DNA of 64,000 nucleotides from Abditibacterium sp. (GTDB taxonomy: Bacteria > Armatimonadota > Abditibacteriia > Abditibacteriales > Abditibacteriaceae): assembly GCA_965199495.1 (NCBI GenBank), contig CBDASK010000003.1:4320001-4384000 (forward strand), given 5' to 3'. The position numbers were made by a program, and so were the translations under genes. Under the pieces are notes generated by a model. It ran no database searches. It saw only the letters and a program-made list of their open reading frames with translations, and had not been told where the DNA came from. This document shows positions 58,601 to 64,000 of the stretch, in pieces. Each line of letters starts with the position of its first letter. Position 1 is the stretch's first letter.

Positions 58601-58973
58601 CGCGCACTTTCCAGAAACACACCTGATTCGATTGCAGCGGCTTGCCTTTATAGGCGATTTGCGTCGCGTCGGCAGAGCGCATTTGCCCGCTATCCCACAA
58701 ATCGGCTTTCCCCGTGCCCAACAATTCGGGCCGGGAAGCGACCCAAATTTGATAAGTCGCTTGGCGCGCGCCGCGCACCGTGGAGTCGAGTTGCCAGCCC
58801 AGACGCGGCGTGCGCGCTTCGATGCCGCGCGGCGTGGCTACGTCTTCGCAGAGGAGATGAGAAATTTGCATAAAGGAACGGTTCGCTTGAAGTGGCTGTT
58901 TGGGCGCGGCTTGGACGCAACCGCAGGAAAGCACGCACAAGCCGAAAGTGAGGCCGAGTAGAGTTTGATTCAT
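55686..58973 (-). CDS. secreted GH78 alpha-L-rhamnosidase
   Basis: DMGQNFAG, FTYHGFRYVE, PTDCPTREKNGWTGD, ATSMWERW, SRDHVMFG; ATG at 58973 gives a signal peptide. Confidence 0.93.
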   Translation of the reverse strand: MNQTLLGLTFGLCVLSCGCVQAAPKQPLQANRSFMQISHLLCEDVATPRGIEARTPRLGWQLDSTVRGARQATYQIWVASRPELLGTGKADLWDSGQMRSADATQIAYKGKPLQSNQVCFWKVRVWAPNGQSAQSEAASWQMGLLQEADWHGGWLGYAAPGASAENDRVPTLEGASWVWFPETTGDPKVAAPVGTRWFRQKFDLSKDQLSVIQNAMLRVAADNKAAIYLNGREVGQSENGWQKREAIDVTRDLKVGENIIALAVTNASDTADNVPNPAGVAAQLVGYGNDGSQLTISSDATWKTTDKETPNWFAAAFDDANWRAAQVLAPTGEGPWGAIANNTIIPGLPAPYLRRTFQIGGKIKRATAYICGLGYYEMSLNGRKVGDHVLDPGWTRYDRRSLYVAHDVTDYLKAGNNAIGVILGTGHFDDHVLSVWDFDTASWRARPKMKLEMRVEYEDGRVQTVSSDEGWKAANGPITFDSISSGTHYDARREMPGWNTASYDDSQWAKAQSVEPVKGILSAQIAPAIKVTQTLTPIAVTQPTPGTFIVDMGQNFAGVPELRATGPAGTQVSLRCAEKLHPDGTLNANNIDVFLKRRDPDAKFQTDIYTFKGQGREVWNPLFTYHGFRYVEVKGFPGTPTVDNFRGLVMHTAFDEAGTFSSSNPLLNDIQRIALWSYRNNWHSIPTDCPTREKNGWTGDAHLAAELGLTNFDGAANYEKWLQDIADEQRPDGSFAAIIPTSGWGYNIGPSWDSAYPLITWYLYQYRGDQTIVEKHYPHLVSYLNYLSSRAKDNIVDYGLGDWLPAKTQTSNALTSTAYYYADSILLSKMAQLLGKDADALKYSEQAARIKVSFNQKFYDAKTGKYDNGSLTAQSCALYQGLVEEQNKPAVINALLAEVKNQDYHMDVGILGAKYLLRTLADNGCGDVAYRILQTRSMPSYGYWIDKGATSMWERWTDKDDNDDSRDHVMFGDVSAWFTKYLAGIQIGSPGFKTIVFQPHIWGDLTSARATHDTVYGTIVSDWKITNGQFGWHVVVPANTTATVMVPCAANAPIREGGTPVAASTGVKMLGYENGTAKLTVEAGDYHFACAAPKK

Positions 58974-59223
58974 AGAATATTTCAGAGTTGACACGCCGTC
59001 AATTCGTGCCCAAAGCGGCAATTTTTAGCGCAGCCATATCGTTATGTCTATATAATTATACCCGGTTTTGAAGCCAATACGAAAGACAAAAAGATCGAGG
59101 TGTCTTTGAGTAGACGCCTCGACCTTTTTATTTTGAGAACGCAAAATTGTTGAGCGCGATTCCGATTAGCTTTGTCCGTATCTTCCATTTCTGTGGAGCC
59201 GCTTGTTAGGAGCTTATCGAACT

Positions 59224-59292
59224 TGTAGGGGCTTATCGCACAAGCCCAAATTCAACGCGCAGAAACTTGGGCTTGTGCGACAAGCCCCTACA
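59224..59292. repeat. GTAG-type REP doublet
   Basis: TGTAGGGGCTTATCGCACAAGCCCAA ... TTGGGCTTGTGCGACAAGCCCCTACA. Confidence 0.85.
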
Positions 59293-59335
59293 CGTCAATG
59301 CCAACCGGAACCACTATAAACGTGCGACATCTGCA

Positions 59336-61768
59336 TTAAGAAGGATTAAACATTGCGCCCGCCATTTCCGTTTTCGCGGAGTAAGGCAACTCTTGCGGCT
59401 TCACCACGCGCACGTTGGGGCGGCTCGACATCGAGTCCACGATTTTCGCGCCATTTTCCAGTTCCGCGTGCGAAATCCAAGTGTTCGTCCACGGTTTTCC
59501 GTTCACGGTGCGAGACGCGACGAACACATTTTTCTCCGAGTTGTTCTTCGCTACGATTTGCAGCGTTTTGCCATTGCGCAGCGCGATTTTCACCGAATCA
59601 AATTCGGGACTCGTCAGCACGTAACTGGGATGGCCCGGCGTGAGCTGGTAAATTCCCATCGCGCTCAGCAAATACCACGACGAATTCGAGCCGTTGTCGT
59701 CGTCGCCCGAAAAACCTGCGGGAGTGGCATTGAAGAGTTCGCGGCAAGCGCGCCGCGTCCAATACTCGGTTTTCCACGGCTGGCCGATGGCCGCGTAGAG
59801 ATAGGGCAGATGAAAGCTCGGCTGATTGCACGCGCCGTATTGGCCCATACCGACCGCCGCGAATTCGATCATCTCGTGAATCACGCCGTTGTAATAACCC
59901 GTCTTGAAAATCGGCGGATGGGTGAATAAATCGTCCAACTTGGCGCCCATCGCCGCCGGGCCGCCCACCAAATCGGCGAGTCCCAGCGCATCGTGCTGCA
60001 CGCCCCAACTGCTCTGCCACGGCCCCGATTCGGTGTAGGGGCCGCCCCACTCATACTGGTCGAAGCGCCGCGACCAGTTGCCGTCCTCGTCCTTGCTGCG
60101 CATGAACCCGACGGATGGATCCCACAGGTTGCGGTAGTTTTGCGACCGCTTCATCAGCGCCCGATAATCGTCCATTTGGCCCATGCCTTTGGCGACCTGC
60201 GCGACGCACCAATCGTTATAGGCATAATCCAGCGTCATCGAAACCCAATATTCCGTTTTGCGTTCGGGCACATAGCCTAAACGCAGATAATCTTCCATAT
60301 CCGCCTTGCCGCCGACCGGTTGACCGCGACGCCCGATGGGAATCTCGAATGCGTCTTTGTGCAGCGCCGCGTAAGCCGTTTTGTAATCGAAACCCGGAAT
60401 GCCTTTCACCATCGCGTCGGCGATCATGGTGTCGGCGTAGGTGCCCGGCATCGCTCGAAAACCGCCCGGATTGGGCCAGTTCGGGAGCCATCCGCCCTCG
60501 CGGTAAGCGTTGAGCCAGCCCTGCGCGATCTCGCTGTAAATATCGGGGTAAGCGATGGAAAGCAGGGGGAACTGCGTGCGAAAAGTGTCCCACAAACCGG
60601 TGTCGGTATAGGCTGGCCCCGTCTCGATTGCGCCGTTCCACGGGCTGTAATGAACCATTTCGCCCTGCCCATTGAACTCATAAATTTTGCGCGGATACTT
60701 CAGCGCGCGATAGAGACACGAGTAGAACGTCGCTTCGCGTTCGGGTGTCCCCTTGACCGAAATGCGGCCCAGCAATTTTTCCCACGCGTCGGCGGTCGTT
60801 TTACGAACGCCCTCGAAGCCCCCGGCGGTTTCGCGGTTGAGATTAACGCGCGCCTGTTGCGGGCTGATGAAACTGGTGGCGATGCGCATTTCCAGCGGCT
60901 TGCCGTTCTCGGTGGCGAACTCGATATATCCCGTGCCTTGGCCCGACGCCTCTGCCGTGCCGACGCCCTGCCCGCCCGAAATGGGACGGTCGAGAATGCC
61001 CTCAAAATAGCAGTGAAAATCGCCCGCCGCCGCGCCGCCGTGATATTTGGTATAACCCCAAACGCGGTTGCCCTCCATTTGCAGTTGCGCATCGCCCGGA
61101 AACTCGAATATCAATCGCCCAATTTTGTCTTTCGGGTCGAAGTGAACGCGCCACACCGCCGCCCGCTCGGAAGAGGTCAGCTCCGTAGTCAAGTTATATT
61201 TTTTCAGATGAATGCGCAGATAATCGGGCCGCATAATCGTCGTCGCCGGGTCGTATTGCGAAGCGCGCGCGTCGGCTTGCAGGGCGAGCGGGCCGGTCTG
61301 CGGAGAAACCAAAAAGTGGCCATAATCGCCCGCCCACGGCGAAGGCTGATGCGTGGCGCGAATGCCGGCGAAGCTGTGGCTGCGCGATTGAAAGAAGAAC
61401 CGTTCGCCGATGTTGCCGACGTTTTGCACCGACCAATCGGTCATGCCAAACGGCGCGCTGACGAGTGGATAAACGTTGCCATGACTGAACTCGCGAACGG
61501 AATCGGTGCCCTGCATCACGTTCACCAGCGACAACGGCCCACTCACCGTGGGAATTGGCCCCAGAGTTTGGGGGATTGACGAGCGGAGGGGCAAACGGTC
61601 TTGCGCCTGCGCGCCCGTGATAGTGCAGAGCGCCATCAAACTCGCCATGACGCAAATTCGACGACAGTTTTTCCAAGACGCGTTTTGCTCCTTGCGACTT
61701 CGCGCAATTTTGAAGCGTCCCAGAAATGAAGCTGGCTGTTGCAAAGTAGATTTTTGGTGCTGACTCAT
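59336..61768 (-). CDS. secreted GH92 alpha-mannosidase
   Basis: FSHGNVYP, THQPSPWAGDYG, GLWDTFRT, YTESGPWQ, NQPSFH, GDDDNG; start uncertain. Confidence 0.92.
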   Translation of the reverse strand: MSQHQKSTLQQPASFLGRFKIARSRKEQNASWKNCRRICVMASLMALCTITGAQAQDRLPLRSSIPQTLGPIPTVSGPLSLVNVMQGTDSVREFSHGNVYPLVSAPFGMTDWSVQNVGNIGERFFFQSRSHSFAGIRATHQPSPWAGDYGHFLVSPQTGPLALQADARASQYDPATTIMRPDYLRIHLKKYNLTTELTSSERAAVWRVHFDPKDKIGRLIFEFPGDAQLQMEGNRVWGYTKYHGGAAAGDFHCYFEGILDRPISGGQGVGTAEASGQGTGYIEFATENGKPLEMRIATSFISPQQARVNLNRETAGGFEGVRKTTADAWEKLLGRISVKGTPEREATFYSCLYRALKYPRKIYEFNGQGEMVHYSPWNGAIETGPAYTDTGLWDTFRTQFPLLSIAYPDIYSEIAQGWLNAYREGGWLPNWPNPGGFRAMPGTYADTMIADAMVKGIPGFDYKTAYAALHKDAFEIPIGRRGQPVGGKADMEDYLRLGYVPERKTEYWVSMTLDYAYNDWCVAQVAKGMGQMDDYRALMKRSQNYRNLWDPSVGFMRSKDEDGNWSRRFDQYEWGGPYTESGPWQSSWGVQHDALGLADLVGGPAAMGAKLDDLFTHPPIFKTGYYNGVIHEMIEFAAVGMGQYGACNQPSFHLPYLYAAIGQPWKTEYWTRRACRELFNATPAGFSGDDDNGSNSSWYLLSAMGIYQLTPGHPSYVLTSPEFDSVKIALRNGKTLQIVAKNNSEKNVFVASRTVNGKPWTNTWISHAELENGAKIVDSMSSRPNVRVVKPQELPYSAKTEMAGAMFNPS

Positions 61769-61815
61769 AAACATCTTTTTGGCTCGGTGGCTTGAGAGAA
61801 TTTGTAGGAATTACG

Positions 61816-62882
61816 TGTCGAGTCCCACCACAAACTGAACAGAAAGGAGGTAAAAGCGAGTGACATCCGGTAGGCTTTCTTAGCGACCAAGCAAAGGAAC
61901 CCCACCGAATGCAACTTCATTCTAACGCAGCGACTTGCCCCCGGCAACGCCAACTTATCCGCAATAGCACACAAACGATGCGCACATTAGCCCACAATCT
62001 GGGCGTCTCCCTCGCCACCGTTCACAAGTGGACGCATCGAGAAGATCGCTTTGACCGCTCGTGCCGCCCGGACAACATTCATTACGCTCTGCAAGAAGAG
62101 GAAGAATCTCTACTGCTGTGGCTGCGGCAAACGGGCGAACTCTCGCTCGATGACCTCTTCGACGCCATGGCGCCGCTCATGCCGCATCTGCGCCGTTCGA
62201 GTTTGCACCGTCTGCTGCGCCGCAACGGCTGCAGCCGCTTACCCAAAAAGGAGCAACAGCCCACGGGACACCGGGGCACATTCAAAGAATACGGCCCCGG
62301 CTTTTTGCACATCGACTGCTTCTACTTGCCCAAACTGGGCGGACAGAAGTATTATTGCTATGTGGCCATCGACCGCGCCACTCGTCTGCTCTATCTGGCG
62401 GTTTACCCCACCCGCAACGGCGACGCAGCCACGCACTTTCTGCGGCGCTGTCTGCAGTTCTTCCCGTTTACAATCGAGAAGATACTCACCGACAACGGGC
62501 GCGAGTTCACCCTCAATACTTTCCGCAATCGCTACGACCGCGCCAAAAAGCTCTCGCTCTTCACCCAGATCTGCCATGACAACGCAATCGAACACCGCCA
62601 AACACGGCCTTACACGCCCAAAACCAATGGAATGGTGGAACGGGCCAACGGTCTAATCAAAGAAGGCACGACCAAACGCCAGATCTACGACAACGCACAG
62701 GAGATGAAGGACGATCTTCATCGTTGGTTTGTCTTCTACAACTTCAGCCGCAGCCACCGCCAGATCGGACGCATCACGCCTTATCAGGCCGTCTGCAACT
62801 GGCACCAAAAACAGCCCGAACTCTTTCGCAAAGACCCAACCGAATTGCTCGCTTACCGTTTACAACCTCATGGGACTTGACA
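61816..62882 (+). mobile_element. complete IS481-family insertion sequence
   Basis: TGT..ACA ends with IRs TGTCGAGTCCCA / TGGGACTTGACA; 6-bp target duplication ATTACG at 61810..61815 and 62883..62888. Confidence 0.93.
61909..62880 (+). CDS. IS481 DDE transposase
   Basis: LHSNAATCP, PGFLHID, AIDRATR, ILTDNGREF, PKTNGMVERAN. Confidence 0.95.
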   Translation: MQLHSNAATCPRQRQLIRNSTQTMRTLAHNLGVSLATVHKWTHREDRFDRSCRPDNIHYALQEEEESLLLWLRQTGELSLDDLFDAMAPLMPHLRRSSLHRLLRRNGCSRLPKKEQQPTGHRGTFKEYGPGFLHIDCFYLPKLGGQKYYCYVAIDRATRLLYLAVYPTRNGDAATHFLRRCLQFFPFTIEKILTDNGREFTLNTFRNRYDRAKKLSLFTQICHDNAIEHRQTRPYTPKTNGMVERANGLIKEGTTKRQIYDNAQEMKDDLHRWFVFYNFSRSHRQIGRITPYQAVCNWHQKQPELFRKDPTELLAYRLQPHGT

Positions 62883-63073
62883 ATTACGCGGTTGTCCCGC
62901 ATCCATTTGCGGCGGCTAAAGTATAGGGATTAACGGAGATGAATTACTCGCAGCCGCAAGCCAATTTAAAGTTGGAATCGAATTTCATATCAACGGGCAG
63001 AGTCGAAATATGGCAAGCGTCGAGATTTCTTTACAGACTCAACACCTGTCCTATTGTCCTAAACTTTGCTTCA

Positions 63074-64000
63074 ATGTCAAAACATTCCATTTTACTTCTC
63101 GTCGCCTGCGGCTTGCTGGTGCCCGCCGCGTGCGCCCAAACCAAGCCCGCCCCGACCGCCGTGGCTGCTAAAGCGTCCGCGCAATCGAAGGCGCCCACAA
63201 TTCCGATGCGCGTGGCTGCCGTCAATCCGTTCGTCGGCACCGCCGAACATGGCCACACCTATCCCGGCGCGACAACGCCGTTTGGCATGACGCAGGTTTC
63301 GCCCGACACGCCGACGCAGGGCTGGGACGGCGCGTCGGGTTATTACTACGCCGATTCGGTAATTCGCGGTTTTAGCTTCACGCACCTGTCGGGCGTCGGG
63401 CGCGCTGGCGGATTGGGCGATTTTATGCTGATGCCCACGGTTGGCGAACTGCAACTGAACGTCGGCGATCCGGGCAAAACGCCGGGTTACGCGTCCAAAT
63501 TCTCGCACGACAACGAAGCAGCCACGCCGGGTTACTACAAAGTTTTACTGGACGATTCTAAAGTCACCGCCGAACTGACCGCGACCACGCGTTGCGGAAT
63601 GCAGCGCTATACCTTTCCGGCTTCGGACAATTCGCACGTCATTTTAGATTTGGAACATGGCATCGGCAGCACAGTCGCGCAGTCGGGCTTGACGGTTGAA
63701 AACGCGACGACTTTGTCCGGCTATCGTCTGTCCGATGGCTGGGGCGGGCGGCGCGCGGCTTATTTCGTGATGGAGTTCTCGCGCCCGTTCGATTCGTATG
63801 GCGTCGAGAAAGACGGCGCGCGCGTGGACGGCACGCCAACCAAAGTGGATGGAAAAGCGGTGAAATTTTTCGCCAATTACAAAACCAGCGCGGGCGAACA
63901 AATAGTGGTGCGCGTCGGCGTTTCGTCAACGGGCATCGAAGGCGCGCGTAAGAATCTGGCGGCGGAAATGCCCAATTTCGATTTCAACGCGGTTCACGGC
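63074..64000 (+). CDS. GH92 alpha-mannosidase (5' part; runs off right edge)
   Basis: MSKHSILLLVACG..VNPFVGTAEHGHTYPGATTPFGMTQVSPD; close paralog of 32168..35011. Confidence 0.92.
   Translation, partial: MSKHSILLLVACGLLVPAACAQTKPAPTAVAAKASAQSKAPTIPMRVAAVNPFVGTAEHGHTYPGATTPFGMTQVSPDTPTQGWDGASGYYYADSVIRGFSFTHLSGVGRAGGLGDFMLMPTVGELQLNVGDPGKTPGYASKFSHDNEAATPGYYKVLLDDSKVTAELTATTRCGMQRYTFPASDNSHVILDLEHGIGSTVAQSGLTVENATTLSGYRLSDGWGGRRAAYFVMEFSRPFDSYGVEKDGARVDGTPTKVDGKAVKFFANYKTSAGEQIVVRVGVSSTGIEGARKNLAAEMPNFDFNAVHG

Overview
GC-rich bacterial chromosomal window. The gene content (N-methyl-prepilin/DUF1559 proteins among many secreted glycoside hydrolases, Terrabacteria-type RpoB/RpoC, kdsA) suggests Armatimonadota/Abditibacteriota; this is inference. 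Layout: (1) 1-7.6 kb, rpoB-rpoC on the minus strand with two small ORFs between them. (2) 8.1-9.5 kb, gene debris plus a VOC gene bracketed by a 46-bp direct repeat. (3) 9.6-32 kb, housekeeping block (nrnA-truB-ribF, glycerate kinase, AhbAB-like, M20 amidohydrolase, tyrosine recombinase, PTPS, folE2, gpx, PP2C, VanW, kdsA, livF, coaD, crtD-like). (4) 32-64 kb, glycan-utilisation region (3x GH92, GH3, GH106, 2x GH78, 2 LacI, AraC, 2 DUF1559, sugar isomerase) with an intact IS481. Main observation: six intergenic copies of a non-palindromic 14-mer (TCGCTCACAATACA), three on each side, all pointing inward. They enclose a lone Xer-like recombinase whose start codon is overlapped by a dif-like 28-bp site. 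This looks like an undescribed chromosome-terminus organisation system (polar Ter/KOPS-like sites plus a single-recombinase dif).
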